64,000 nt of DNA, from assembly GCF_009914755.1 (NCBI RefSeq), contig NC_060934.1; one strand, 5' to 3'. The first letter of the stretch is position 1. Each line of letters starts with the position of its first letter. This document shows, piece by piece, positions 17,107 to 32,929 of this stretch. Source of the DNA: the human T2T-CHM13v2.0 reference genome, Homo sapiens. Made by a program: the position numbers and the translations under genes. Under the pieces are notes generated by a model that was given only the letters and a program-made list of their open reading frames with translations, was not told the DNA's origin and made no database searches.

Positions 17107-18065
17107 TCAGGTGCCCTCCCTCCCAGCTCAGCCTGCCACCCGGGGCTCCCACTGGCCGGGCAATGGACAAAGCGCAGTGTTAGGCACTGCCTTTGCAGTG
17201 GGCAATTTACTTAACCTGTCTTAGAGACTCAGCCTCTGTGATATGAAGATAAAGTACACCTTGCAGGCACTGTGAGTAGCAAGTGCGTTGGCATCTGCAT
17301 CACGCCTAGTCAATAACTAGTACTCAATTTCATTTCCATTACTCCATGCTTTGAGATATCTCTTGACCCTCTGCAAGAAAGTATCATCCATCCTGGCCTC
17401 TTCTCTAAAAATTTCTGGATCTTCCAGGTCCCCTTCACCCCCTAAGACTCTTCTTTGTGGCTTTCCTCTCTGATCTCTCTTTTGTCTTGGAACCCACCAC
17501 TCACTACCTTTCTACGTCTAACTCTGGAGTCCAGTCAATTTAGCACTTTAATGAATATGGTCTTTTATTTTTGGCTAACTTTTTCCTAATTCTTTCATGT
17601 TGCAAAAGAATTCTCCTCCTAAACAGTTGGCTGTTTGAAGGTAGGGGCTGCGCCCAATAATTTTTGTTTAATATTTGGCACTGTGTTTATCCCATGGTAC
17701 CTGCTCAACACTTGCTGAGTTGATTTGAATTAGTTCTCATCCCTTGATCAGAAGGAAATTGATTGGATCATGTTGTCTTTCTGTGCCACCCTTAGGCAGG
17801 ACTTGCAGGATTGACAAGCTGACAGGTTCCCAAAGACTATGGACTGGCTTTAAATTAATTAGTGAGTCAAGAACATTTCAGGGAAGCCCGTGTGTGGAAA
17901 GCACTGAGGGGGAGATGAAGAAAGAAAGTGCGGTCTTCGTCCCTCAGAAGCTGACAGATCAGTGAGCCCAATAAAGCGTGAACACACAAAAGAGTTACCA
18001 ATGAAGAACCAAACACAAGGGCTCCACGGGAAGCTGGACATATCACCAAAGAGCCCTGTGTGTCA

Positions 18066-18198
<133 letters not shown>

Positions 18199-18204
18199 AT
18201 TTAA

Positions 18205-18530
<326 letters not shown>

Positions 18531-19819
18531 AGAAATTGGGTTGGACATTGAGGGGTGAGTAGGATTCAGGCAAGCAGAATGACTGGGGATGGGGAGACAT
18601 TTCAGTCTGGAGTAATGGCGTGGACCCAAGAATCAGACAGAAACGCAGGATGTGATTTGATAGAAGGGGAAGTTCAGGGATGGGACGCGATGGGAGAAAA
18701 GGCTGGGATGGTTAAGTCTGGCTCATAGAAAGCCTTAAAGCCAAGCTAAGAAAGTTGGATATTTTATCATAGACCATGAGAATCAGTGAGACTCTGGGGC
18801 TGCAGAATGACTTGATAATGTCAATTCTGAGAAGGGTGGGTCTGGCTTCAGGGTATAGCCCAAACTGGAAACTCCAAGTATAGCTGGCCCCGATTCATCT
18901 AGAAAGTTACCCCATGGCCACAGGACAGCCTGGTCCTGCCCGCCAGGGACTCTTCAGGGTCCTTCACTTTTCCTGTGTCCACCCACACATGGACATTTGT
19001 CACTCACTCACGTTTGGATATTCCTTCTACATGCTGGCCTCTCTTTCAAGAAGGCAGCCCCTCTTGTTGCAAAAGAAACAAAAACAAAAGCAAGAATGAG
19101 CCATTTGAGAATTCTTGCAACATCTGTGCAAGCTGGGTAATCAACAAATACTCTCTTACCTGGGACCGTATCCTCACTGAGCAGCAGAACCAGGAAAATT
19201 AAAGAACGAATCGATTTAATAGGTTTTTTTAGTATGTCCCCCCAGACAGTACCCAAGTGTTCCCCACAGTGTAGAATTAAATTACTCCAAAGTACAACGG
19301 CTTCCTGAGAAATCAGATAATTTTAATAATTTAAGGAATTTAGGAAAAATAATAAGCTTAAAAAAAATTATGATTTTGAAATTATTTATGCAACTTCCAT
19401 AGAAACATGTCGGGGAATTCACTCAGAAGCATAATGAACCTAAAAAGCTGTCAAAGTAAACATCCCGAATGCATCTCCCTCATCTTCAGGAAGCAATGAT
19501 GTTGTCACTCACAGGAGGCCCCAGGGTGAGCTGGCTCTCTTGGGAACAGGAATGGTGGTCTCTGCTCATGGAGGAAGAGTCTAATCCATAAATCTGGAAA
19601 AATTGTTGGGAATGGGGTCCCAGGCTTGGAGCAGGAGGCTCTGATTGAGTGACAAGAAAGCAAAGCATCCCATGGTCAGTTTATACAAAAGGCTTCAAGT
19701 GGAGGAGACGAGGGAACAAGGAAAAGGGGACCATGGATGGGCAAGGGAAAACATACTGATGGTCTTTCTGGGACATAGATTTTTGTACATCCCTTCTAAG
19801 CCCCATGGACACAGAGTGA

Positions 19820-20201
<382 letters not shown>

Positions 20202-20227
20202 TGAGGATGGAACTAGGCAGTTGCATT

Positions 20228-20415
20228 ACCAGTTAATCCTCCTAACAACCCCATGAGGTAGGAATTATTACTGTCCCCACTTGATGGTTGCAGACACTGA
20301 GGCTTGGAGGAGTTAAATGACTCACCCTAGATTAGCCGGTCAGTGGCAAAGCTGGGATTCAAAACCAGGTCAGCTGACTGTGGAGCCCACGCCCTTAGAC
20401 TCTGCACTAAATTGT
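20228..20415 (-). mobile_element. MIR
   Basis: aatcctcctaacaaccccatgaggtagg...actgaggct...gctgggattcaaaaccagg. Confidence 0.8.
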
Positions 20416-23400
20416 ATCACAAGCAAGGCTGAGAACAATACTATGCAGAATGGAGGAGATGAGAGGGAGATGGGGCACCCCATGGGGCAACCTGGGCTCC
20501 AGGACACCAGGGCCTTAGGCAGAGGCATTGCTGAATCCACAGAGGGCACCTGCAGTGGAGGCCGTGGCTTCTTGGGTGGCAGATGGGGGTAAGGCAGGCC
20601 AGAGTGAACAACATGAGAGAACCAAGGGGCCCCAGAGACACTGGGGGCTGAGCGTCTTCAACATAAAAATGGTATAGAAGAGACTGGTCAGGAAAGGGAC
20701 AGAGAGAGAAGAGGGCATGGCACCAATCCTAGAGGAACTCCAATACTTCAGGGATGAATGAAGGGAAGGGATCTCAAATTCAAAAACAGGAAGGAGAGGG
20801 TCAGTATTCCCTCAATTCGACTTTATTCAAATATGTGGAATTTCAGGAGGGGTAACTCCCCAGTGCACTCAAGAGCACAGGAGTATTTGCCTTCTTCTTA
20901 AGTTTCTCTACTTCAGACTCACACCAACATCTCTTTCCCCATAAGCTCTCCTCCTCTATTATCATTTACAGAAACATTCCATGTTTGCTTTAAGCTCAAA
21001 AAGGAAAATGAGAAAGACTCTACAGCAAAAGAAAAAAAAAGTATTCCTTTAAAGCTTCATGCAAAGAATTCATTCCACAAATATTTATTGAGTGCCTACT
21101 ATGAGAAAAAACCCAGGAGGTGCCAGATTAATTTCATAGTCAATTAATTTCACGAAGTTAACCTATCAGAAATGATGGATATTACTGCCCCAGGTGCCAT
21201 CTGGGGATGGCAGAGTGTGATCCAAGCCTGAAGTGCACTTGAAAAGATACAGCTGAGCTGTTTGGTCAAACCAAAGAATATTGGAGCACTGGTGACCAAA
21301 GAAAGACTTGCTTAGGGTAGAAGTAAAACCAAAGCCAGAAATAAACCTAAAACACAAGACTGGGATTAGACGAATCCTCGAGGTTAGCTGAGTGAAAAGA
21401 TCAATATGGGGGAATGCAGGCAGCGGAATCCTGCCTCCCAGCTAGGCTGAGAGGAAGGACACAGGGTACACAGGGGATATCAAAGGGCTCCAGCTATTTT
21501 TAAAAACAATAATCCAAAGTTTCATCTGGATTTAAATGGATCTGAGCCCTATGGCATGTGGGAAAATCACTTTATAAGGTGTTGCAATACCCCTTTGGAA
21601 ATCTTACCTTCAGATTCACCAAAATGGAATGTAATGTGTGTCTCTAAAAATCCTGGTAGCAGTGGGGCTTTTTTCTCCCCAGCTGATGATTCCATTTTCA
21701 CAGGAAGACCATAGATCTTAGCAAAGAAAACTCTATAAAGAAAATGGTCTCAGAGAAGATGCACAATGATTAAGTCAGGGTAGGGGAGACAACATGTGAA
21801 AGGAAAAGAGAATAATAAAGGATCCATTAAAGTTACGCTGTGGCAACAATCAGAAAGTACATTCTGGCAACAGATACTCCTTAATGTAGAGATTTCTTTA
21901 ATGTAGGCTATTAACCATGCCGCCCACCTTCGGCCTTTGTTCTCCTTTGTAAGAGACTTTTAATCAGAGAGGGAATAGCATTTCCTCCCCTTCAAGGGTG
22001 ATCAATTCTCACACTTGTGCCAAGAGGCCATCTGCCAATGCCAGCCTTTTTACCAGTCTCTCCCGGACTCAAAAGGAAAGTTGGCTGTCCTGAGCAGAAG
22101 ATGAATCTTAGATGGTCTCCTAATGGCCAACATCATTAAATAGTAACCATGTGGCTCTAGACGCCTCAACCTCTTGTCAGCTCAGGATTCAAAGGGCAGC
22201 ATAAGCCCCAGGCTCCCATCCCTTGTCTCATCTCCTCATCCTTCCAAGGATAAGCTGAAAAACTTGCTTCCTCAGTTCCCAGGATGTGACATGAGTTTTC
22301 TGTGTCTCTGGCTCACCGTCAATTTGAGCTCCAGGGAAAAAATAATCATCTCAGCAACACATTCTGGAAAAGTGGTGGTTTGGCCACAAATGAGAGGAGA
22401 GAGCTCTCAGGAGGTCCACCCTGTCAAGAATGCCTACATTCCACAGAAAGTTCGGGTCCTCTTCCTCCACTAGAGTCTCACTCTCCATCCTGGATATCAA
22501 TCAGCAGACATTGTGAAGGTCCTTATTTCTGGTATTTGTAAAAATTGAGCTCTTAAGCAGTTCTTTTTCTGATTAAACTTTAAAATCTTTCAAGGCCAGT
22601 CAGAAAAGATCAGACCAAGAGTTCATCAATGCAAGAGAACTCTCACTTGGTCTAGCCACTGAATTATGCAGAAGAAAGGAGATGATCAGAATGTAAGGCT
22701 GTGGTTTGAGAGCAGTCCTGTCCATCTAGGGACCTAGAGAGAGGCACGCCCATCTGTGCTTCCACAGGCAGGCCAGCCAAATTTGGCACTACAGCCACGG
22801 AATTCAGTTCCAGCCCCTCTCGGCTGCGGTCTGAGGGCCGTCCTTCCTGCCCAGGGACTTGCCAGGAGACATACCTGTCCATGACTCTGGAGGCAGGCCT
22901 GCAGACCTTGGTCTCAGCTGTAGACCCCAAAGCAGCCTGTGACTCAATCCCAGTCCCTCTCAGCCATGGTCCAAAGCAAGTACTTTCTGCTTAGGGGCCT
23001 ACCCAGTAGCTCAGGAAAGCCCCCCTAGAGACCCAGAGGAAGCCACACCTGTCTGTGCAACTGGTAGGAGGCCCACTTTCTGCAGAAGCAGACTGTCATT
23101 CCAGCACCAGCCTTACTGACCAAGGAACTGGAGGTAGTCCAGTCTACCCAGAAACCAGATAGAATCCACACCCACTAGCGCACCTGGTAAGAGGCCCACC
23201 AGCCTTGGACCCCACTGAAGAATCAACAGCAGCCCCATGACCAGGCTCCACGCCCACTTGACTGCAAACCTGGAGGGAATCTTCTCATCCTGGGTACACG
23301 AGACGAAGACTTTACCTATCGAAACCAGACTGTAAAGACTTGAAAAGGTGTGGCTCCTTCAGATTCACAGAAACCAATGCAAGGCTGCAGAGATAACAAT

Positions 23401-25116
23401 CAAGTTAACACCAACCAATGGAGACTAATAAAGCTCTAATATCTGACACCAAAGAAATGGATATCACTAAATTGGCTGAAAAAAATTCAAAATAATCATC
23501 TTAAAGAAGCACAATAAGATTCAAGAAAATGCAGATAGATTGCTAAATGAAATTAGAAAAATGATGTGTGAACAAAATGAGAAGTTTAATAAGGAAATAG
23601 AAACCATAAAAAGGAACCAAACAAATCCTGGAGCTGAAGAATATAGTGACAGATCTGAGAACTTCAATAGAGAGCTTCAAGTGCAGATAAAATCATGCAG
23701 AAGAAAAAATTAGCAAACTCAAATATGGGTCATTTGAAATTAGCCAATTAGAGGAAAGAAAAAGAAAAATATTGAAAAAGAGCAAAAAAATAAAAAGCAT
23801 AAGGGACCTATGGGACACTATCAAGCATATGAATATATAAATTATGGCAGTCCTAGGAGGAGAAGAGAGACAGAAAGGAGAAGAGAGCTTATTTTAAAGT
23901 ATACTGTCTGAAAACAACTGAAATTTTAAGAAAGATATGGACATTCAGATGCATGAATCTCAAAGGATCCCAAATAAGATAAACCCAAAAAAGAACACTC
24001 AGAGATACATTATAATCAAATTGTCAAAAGCCAAAGACAAATAGGAAATCTTGAAAGCAACAAGAGAAAAAACTAATCATATATATAGGAACCCCCATAA
24101 GGTAGACTTCTTGCCAGAAACCTTGAAAGCCAGAAGGGAGTGGGATGAGATATTTAAAGTACTGAAAGAAAAAAATTGCCACCTAAGAATCATATGCCCA
24201 GCAAAACTGTCCTTCGGAAAAACATAAGGACATTCCCAGACAAATAAAAGCTGAGGGAGCTCATTACCATGAGACCTGCCTTATAAGAAATGCTAAAGGT
24301 AGTTCTTCAAGTTGAAATGAAAGAATGCTCAGTAACAATATGAAAACATATGAAAGTAAATACATAGAAAAGATAAATACATAATCACATTCAGAATAAT
24401 ACTGTAATGGTGGTGTGTAAATCACTTTTAACTTTAGTATAAAAGTTAAAAGACAAAAGTATTAAAAATAACTATAGCTAGAATAATTTGTTAACAGATA
24501 CACAATATAAAAAGATGTAAAATGTGACATCAATGGCATAAAATGTAGTGGGAAGTAATCAATGTGTAGAGTTTTTGTATGTAATTGAAGTTAAGTTGTT
24601 AGCAGCCTTAATTAGAATGTTGTAAGATGTTTTATACAAACCCCATGGTAACCATAGAGAAAAAAACCTCTAGTAGATACGCAAAACATAAAGACAGAGT
24701 AACCAAAGTATACCATATAAAGGTTTAACAAATCACAAAGGAAGAGAGCAAACTGGAAGAAAGAAACAATGAAACTAAAGAACAGTCAGTAAACAAAATC
24801 AAAATAACAATAGTATTTTCTTACCTCTTAATAATTACATTAAATAGAAATGGATTAAATTTTCTAATCGAAAGACACAGAGTAGCTAAATGGATTTAAA
24901 AAGCAAGATCCAATAATACGCTGCTTACCAGAGATTTATTTTAGCCTTAAAGACACACACAGGCTGAAAGTGAGAAATGAAAAAACATATTCCATGTAAA
25001 GGGAAACCAAAATAGAGCAGGGGTGGCTATCCTTACATCAGACAAAATATACTGTCAATCAAAATCTGTCAAAAGAGACAAAGAGGGTCACCATATGATG
25101 ATAAAGAGGTCAATTT

Positions 25117-25417
<301 letters not shown>

Positions 25418-26344
25418 TCAATTCATCAAGATAAAATAACAATTATAAATACATAAGTATCCAACATTGGATCACTTAAATATATAAAGCAAATTTTAAC
25501 AGAAGTGAAGAAAGAAAGTGACAACAACACAGTAATAAGGGACTTCAATATCCCACTTTCAGCAATGGATAGGTCATCCAGACAGAGAATCCATAAGGAA
25601 ACAGCAACTTGAATAACACTCTGGACCAAGAGGATCTAATGAACATATACGGAACATTCCATCCATTAGTAGTATAATACACATTCTTTTCAAGTGCACA
25701 TGGAACATTCTCCAGGATAGATCTTGGGCCACAAAACAAGTCTTAACAAATTTAAGGAGATTAAAAATCATCTCAATCATTTTTTATTCTCACCACAATA
25801 ATATAAACGAGAAATCAAGAAGCAGAAAAATTTTGGAAAATTCACAAGTATGTGGAAATTAAACAACACAGTCCTGAACAACAAGTGGGTCAAACAAAAA
25901 AATCAAAAAGGAAATCAAAAATTATCTTGAGACCAAGAAAAACAGAGACACAAAATACCAAAACTTATGGGAGGCAGCAAAAGCAATGGTTAGAAAATTT
26001 TAGCAATTAATGTCTACTTTAAGAAAAAAGAAAACAAAGAAACAATCTAACTCCACATCTCAAGAAACTAGAAAAAGAAGAGGATAAACAAAGACCAAGT
26101 CAGCAGAAGAAAGAAAAAAGATTAGAGCAGAAACAAATGAAAGAGAATAGAAAGACAAGAGAAAAGATCAACAAAACTAAGAGTTGTTTTTTGAAAAGAT
26201 AAACAAAATCAATACAACTAGCTAGGCTACCAAGAAAAAAAGAGAAGACTCAAATAAATAAGATTATAAATTAAAAAGAAGACATTGTAAATGATAGCAA
26301 ATAAATACAAAGAATCATGAGAGACTAGTAAGAACAGTTATATG

Positions 26345-26700
26345 CCATATATGGGAATATATTCAGAGAAATGTGTTAGGCAATTTTGTCACTGTGTAAA
26401 CATCATAGAGTGTATTTACACAATCCTGGATGGAATAGCCTGCTATACACTGAGGCTATACAATATAGACTAAAACCTGTATATCTTATTACCATACTGA
26501 ATACTATAGGCAGGTGTAACATAATGGTAAGAATTTGCATACTTAAACAAAGAAAAGGTGATGAATTGCACTACAGTGTCACAATGGCTATGAAGTCACT
26601 AGGCAATAGGAGTTTTTCAGCTCCATTATAATCTTATGGGATTACGGTCATATATGGAGTTCATCACTGATCACAACATTGTTATGTGGCACACAACTGT
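26345..26700 (+). mobile_element. Tigger3-family (TcMar) non-autonomous DNA transposon
   Basis: gagaaatgtgttaggcaattttgtcactgtgtaaacatcatagagtgta...ttataatcttatggga...gttatgtggcacacaactg followed by TA. Confidence 0.8.
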
Positions 26701-27374
26701 ATTGAATAACTTAGAAGAAATTGATACATTCCTAAAAACAGAGAACCAGTCAAGAGTAAATTATAAAAAATAGAATATCTGAACAGATCAGTAACAACTA
26801 AGGAGATAGAATCAATAATCAAAAGCTTTCCAACAAAGTAAAGCCCAGAACCAGATGGCTTCACTGGTGAATTTTACCAAGAGTTTCAAGAAGAATTGAT
26901 GCCAATCCTTCTCAAACTCTTCCAAAAAACTGAAGGAAGAGGAATACTTCCAAACTCATTTTACAAGGCCAGTATGATCCTCATACCAAAGCCAGATAAG
27001 AATGCTACAAGAAAACAAAATTACAGGCCCATATTCCTGATGAATTTAGATGCAAAAAATCCTCAATAAAATACTAGCAAACCAAATTCAAAAGCACATG
27101 AAAAGGATCATACACCATGTTCATGTGTGTTTTATCCTGGAGATGCAAGGATGGTTTAACATACACAAATCAATAAATCATATACACCATATTGACAGAA
27201 TAAAAAGATAAAAATCATATGATCATCTCAATGCATGCAGAAAAAGATTTTGACAAAATGTAACATATTTTCATAATTAAAAACTCTCAACAAAATAGAT
27301 ATAGAAGGGATGTACCTCAACATAATAAAAGCCACATATGACAAGTCTGCTGCTAACAGCTCTTCCTCTAAGAC

Positions 27375-28073
27375 TTATCAGGAAGTGAGGGAATCCTCGG
27401 TTCTTGCCTAACCTGGAAGAAAAAATTCAGCCAAGAGATGCATAGCAAGGGTTAAGCAGCAGAGTTTATTGAAGGAAGATAAAGTACATGCCTAGAGAGC
27501 AATGGAAAATGTTCCAGGCTGGTCCAGCTGGAAAAGTCATAGTAGCATAGTAGCAGTGTTTATCTAAAGAAGCAGTAAGCTCTGAAAGACGAGAGAGTAG
27601 GCTGCACAAAAGAAAGAGCCAGCAGCCACTAGTGCTGGGGAAATGCCCTTCATGAGACTCTTACATGATTATTCATGAAGGGGCATGAGGGGGTGTCACT
27701 TTACAATCCTGTTTCAGGAGGTCCCTTTGGGCGCACATGCTCTGTGGTTATACATGCCAGTACACACATCGTGTGTCTCATTAGCATTTAAAATCTCCAT
27801 CCAGGGGTGTTCTTTTTACTATTATAATGAGCAAAAAGCTATTCTAGAGTGAGTTTTTGGAGGAGTGCACGTGCTCGTCAGTGGGGAAAGTCCTTAGCGT
27901 GGTTACCTCCAGCTAGGGCTTGATAAATCCCCTTCAGGGCTGGAGGAGCCCCAACCACAAGACCAGATGTGATCTTGCCCTTTTTGCTGACTGCCAGTGG
28001 GCAACATCTCCAAGACTTCTTTTCCCAGGGGGCTCCCTGGGCTGCTCGTTTCTGGCTATCTGCTACTCTAACA
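27375..28073 (-). mobile_element. ERV1-class solo LTR (MER66/MER4-group-like) inside L1
   Basis: Minus strand starts TGTTAGAGTAGCAGATAGCCAGA, with minus-strand AATAAA at ~27465-27470. L1 sequence resumes exactly across it with a 4-bp TSD aga(c/t). Confidence 0.8.
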
Positions 28074-28462
28074 AGATCAGGAACAAGACTCAGGTGCCCA
28101 CTCTCAACACTTGTATCCAACACAGTACTAGAAGACCTAGCCAGAGCAATTAGGCAAGAAAAAAAATAAATCAAAAGCATCCAAATAGGAAAGGAGGAAA
28201 TTAAATTGCCTCTGTTTGCAGATGACATGATTGGATCCTGGCTCCTGTCATGTGGCGTTTGCATCTTAATTCAGTCCCCACTCCTCCATCTGAACACTTA
28301 AGTTCTGCATGAGGTTGCACGCTGGGCTCATCAGGGCAGGCTCAGTTTCCATGACCTTTAACCTGAGGGTGTCCATGGCAGCTGAAAAACGATTTAGCTT
28401 TGCTACGTAATCCAAACACTTGGTGATAACATGTTAATATTGGGGTTATTTCTTTCCTTTCT

Positions 28463-28463
<1 letters not shown>

Positions 28464-28495
<32 letters not shown>

Positions 28496-28545
28496 AACAC
28501 ACATATGTATCTAAACACACACATTTACACATATACATGCATATA
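28464..28545. repeat. (CA)n microsatellite with degenerate tail
   Basis: Direct reading. Confidence 0.92.
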
Positions 28546-28941
28546 CATGTGGCCATGATGAAGGCACAATTTGATATTTTAGTATCTTTTATTGAACATT
28601 ATATTGTGATTATATTTCTATATTGGTGGAATTTATTCATAAACATTAACTTTAATAGCTATAATACACTACTGCATTCTATGCCATAATTTCCTTAGCC
28701 ATTTCCCTAGTTTGGGATGTTTATGTCCAATTTTTCTGGCCTATAAACAATATTTTTTAACAGCTTTGGGCATAAATCTCTATCTAATCTACCTTTTGAG
28801 TTTCATCAGCTATATTCTAGAAAATGAAACCTCGGGGTCACAGGGGATCAAGTTTTTGGGATCTTGATATATTGCCAAATTCTTGTTGGATTTTCCAATC
28901 CTTCAAGACTCAGTTTACAAATCACTCCTCACAAAACTGTC

Positions 28942-29218
28942 TTTTTTTTTTCTTTTGAGATAGGGTCTTGTTCTGCCACACTGGCTGGAGTGCAGTGGCG
29001 CAATCATGGCTCACTGCAGCCTTAACTTCCTGTGCTCAAGGGATTCTCTTGCTTCAGCCCCCCAAGTAGCTAAGACTACAGGCACGCATGACCACACCTA
29101 ACTAATTTTTGAATTTTTTGTAGAGATGAGGTCTCCCTATGTTGCCCAGGCTAAGTGATCCTCTGGCCTTGGCCTCCCAGAGTGCTGGGATTATAGATGT
29201 GAGCCACAGCATCTGGCT
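28942..29218 (-). mobile_element. AluJ-like with internal deletion
   Basis: Antisense Alu with poly-T. Confidence 0.9.
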
Positions 29219-29397
29219 CCTATCTTAATTATGTCTCCTTTCCCTATTATTCCATCACAGCAACTCTGTTTTCACTGCTCTTGTCACAACATAATGTACT
29301 CTATCTAGTAGTGTGTTTACTTAATTAATGTTTGCCCCTGCCTCTGGACTGTCATTTTTATGAGAACATCAAGGTCTCTTCGTTGTTGCTATAGTTG

Positions 29398-29513
29398 TGG
29401 AGATGGGGTTTCACCATGTTGCCTAGGCTGGTCTCAAACTCTGAGCTCAAGTGATCCACCTACCTCAGCCCCCAAAGTGCTGGAATGAAAGGTGTGAGCC
29501 ACTGCGCCCGGCC
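29398..29513 (-). mobile_element. Alu left monomer
   Basis: gagatggggtttcaccatgttg...gagccactgcgcccggcc. Confidence 0.88.
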
Positions 29514-30399
29514 CAGGGTGTCTTTAGTTCACCACTGAATGCCCAGTGATGAAGACATTGTCTCGTATACTGTAGGCCCTGAATGAATGAATGAATGAAC
29601 GAGTGATGTCTATCATCAAGACACAGACACACAGCAGGGAAGCGGGAGTGGGAATTGGGGCTGCTATGATGGGTGGAGCTATGACAGCCACCTCTAGGCA
29701 CAATGCCCACATGCTCCCGGTGAGTCCTGCCTCAGCTCCTAGGGGTGGGCAGTGTTTAGAGCTGAGCATCTGCCTCCCTTCAGAGACCCCATGACACATC
29801 CTGCCCCACACCCCTTTCTGCTTCCGATGTCAGAAGGAAGCCCAAGACTTCTAGGTCCCATCTTTAGGTGGTCTCACTTCCCTCAGGGATTGTGCAGCCC
29901 CACCCTATTCTTGCCCTCACTGACACCGGCCACCTTCCCAGTGGTGGCTGCTGGAGGCTCCCCCCGCACATATTTGGGGGTTGGAAATGGGACAGGTGTC
30001 TTTCTTACTCCCATTGACACTTCCAGGTCATCGTTCTTCCTTTCTCAGGAATGCCTCCCCTTCTCCCTCGAAGCTTGTAATTAGACCATACTTTATTTCA
30101 CTCCTTCTCACCATCTCCCATAGGCTTGTATTCTGTGAAGGTTTTAGCATTTGAATCGCTGTCTTGCAACCATATTTGTTGTTGATGATGATTTTGGTGT
30201 CCTCCAGCACACTGGTCTCCCTGCTCCTTAACTGCCTCACTCTCTATCTTGCCTTCTGCCTCGTGTCCACCACCGTGTCCCAGGCCACTCCTACCAATGT
30301 CACTCCTGCCAGTATTCCCTCCAGAGTCTCTACTGAAAGCACCCTAGTCTCATACAACACGGATCCCCCAACTCCAACCCGTCTGCTCCTTCTCACATC

Positions 30400-30572
30400 C
30401 TAGTCCTGAATCCTGCTTTATTTTCTCTGCACCAAGCATCACTGTCTGAACGTTACACAGCCTGGCTATTCCCCGTTAGTGTAAGACTGCGTTATTCCCT
30501 AGTGAGTTTCCAGCATATACATGGCACCTGGCCTACAGCAGGAGCCATGAATGAATGAATGAATGAATGAGT
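30400..30572 (+). mobile_element. L2 3' end
   Basis: ...cacctggcctacagcaggagcc followed by a (atga)n terminus. Confidence 0.6.
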
Positions 30573-32153
30573 AAATGAATATGAGATAATTGTTTTCCCT
30601 AAACTGACTGCATATTCTACATAGTAAATTTCAAGCCACATAAAGTGGCATCTTAAAAAAAAAATCAATATTGGCTTCTTTGTGGCCTTACAATTACCTT
30701 GAACAAATCACACACACAGGATATCTCTGAGTATCAATTAGTCCAGAGGGAACCACTGAAAGGACTTAGGATACACAGCAGAAGATACCAGCATAGTCTG
30801 CTGAGTAACCAGTCCGAGATTAGAAGTCCCTGATGAGCCATCCCCGAATGAATGGAGAGAACATTTCCTGGCTTACGGGAAGGAGAGCCAGAGCCAAGGG
30901 AAGTGCCTCGTTCAGCTGGATTAGTTATTGGAAACTCGTTTCCCTAGGCCAGCCAGTCCTTCCAGACGCTGAGAGTCTGTGGCTGTCTAGCCTCTTCTCC
31001 AGGGGCGTGGGATCACGGGAGATGGGCCTGCTGCATCAGCTCCTGGCTCCTGCCTTCCGGCCCCCGCAGTCCATTTAAAGGCGCAATGGAGGAGAAGCGC
31101 CCGTGCTCTCAGGGCCAAAGCCGTGAGCCAGTCCTAGAGAGCTTCCAGAGCAAGGCCCTCCAGTCCTAGTCGGCTTCCCCAACTCTGCCTCCATGCTCTG
31201 AAACTGACCCAGAAAAGCAGGCATGTTAGCAACTGGCAGTGTTTCTCTCTCAGATACGGGAACTGTGCTTGATTAGGATCTTGAGTGAAATAAGCCATCG
31301 TTTCATTGGGAATGTCTCAGAGCTCAAAGTTTCTTTCTATGTATGCATAATTAATATTCTACCTCTTTGAAGATAAATTTTATCTATCCAACTCTGTAAA
31401 TGGATCATTTCCCCTTGGCTATTACTATGTCGTCTCCTTTCCCAAAATAAAATAAAATACAAAGACAAAATGGTATGTAAAAAAAAAAAAATCCTCGCTA
31501 AAAATGATTTACATTTTTATTCCCAACATGAAAAGCTCAAGAATGTTTTTAATGCCTGTCCAGCTTGAAAGCCGCTGCAAATGTCTTACAACATTTTGTA
31601 ACAGGCTTTTCCCATCTGTGCTGAAAGCAGCTGATGATTTAATGCAAATTGTTATTGTTTCACAATCTCCCAGCGATCTTTTCTATTTTGGATTAGCATC
31701 CAAGGCCTTTTTTTTGCATCTGCTACAGAAGCCTGCCTGTGAGGAACTGGCGTTTCATTGTGGCCATTCTGTGTTCCGCAGCGCCCTGTTTTCCTTGTGT
31801 TTCAGATCCTCCTCAGTTTCCAACATTTTCACTTAACTCTTCCTTTTCTCAACCTTGAAACCTGGCTTAGAAATGAACCCCTTCTGGTCTGAGGGTCTTA
31901 AACACTGAAGCAGAGGAGGCAGAGCATGAAACCACGGTCACCAGCAAGGGAGCCCGGGAGGCTCTGCACATCCACATGGAAGCCTGGCTAAAATGTCTAT
32001 TTCAGTAGACTTTGCAAATTTATGACACCCAGTGCCTGAAGTGTGAATGAACCATTATATGTATATGTGTATAATGTGTTTGCATACATATATAATATGT
32101 AATTTTATAATATAAATAGTATTATGATTCATAAATATTTTAAATTAAAAAAA

Positions 32154-32460
32154 TTTTTTAGACAGAGTCTCGTTCTGTTGCACAGGCTGGAATGCAGGGG
32201 CGTGATCTTGGCTCACTGCAACCTCCACCTCCTGGGTTCAGGCGATTCTCTTGCCTCAGCCTCCCTAGTAGGTGGGATTACAGGCATGTGCCACCACACC
32301 CAGCTAATTTGTTTGTTGTTGTTGTTGTTGTTGTTGTTTTTAGTAGAGATGGGGTTTCATCTTGTTAACCAGGCTGGTTTCAAACTCCTAACCTCAAGTG
32401 ATCCACCTGCCTCGGCCTCCCAAAGTGCTGGGATTACAGGTGTGAACCACCGTGCCCAGC
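32154..32460 (-). mobile_element. AluS with (TTG)n linker
   Basis: Antisense dimer with TSD tttaaattaaaaaa. Confidence 0.92.
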
Positions 32461-32480
32461 TTTAAATTAAAAAAAAAAAA

Positions 32481-32745
32481 GTTTGTTTAAAGACATGGTC
32501 TTGCTCTGTTGCCCAGGCTGGAGTGCAATGGTGTGATCATAGCTCACTGCAGCCTTGAACTCCAGGGCTCAACCAAACCTCCCATCTCATCTTCCCAAGT
32601 AGCTAGGCCTATAGGTGCATGCTGCCATGCCTGGCTAATGCTTTTTTACTTTTTGTAGAGATGGGGATCTTGCTATGTTGCCCAGGCTGGTCTCAAATTC
32701 TTGGCCTCCCGCTTGGCCTCCCAAAGTGCTGGGATTAAAGGTTTG
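32481..32745 (-). mobile_element. AluJ-like (partial)
   Basis: Antisense Alu directly adjacent to the previous one. Confidence 0.88.
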
Positions 32746-32929
32746 AACTTTTCATTGTACCCATAAAATTAATTTTCAAAGGATTACTAATTTTGCAATT
32801 GTTTATACATTATGTTGTACTTTTTTTCCCATCAACGAAATGTACAATGACCATCAAGTAAGGCATTTAAAATTGCCTAAAGTAAAATCTTTTTATTTGA
32901 TAAAACCTTTGTATCACAAGTAGGGGTCA

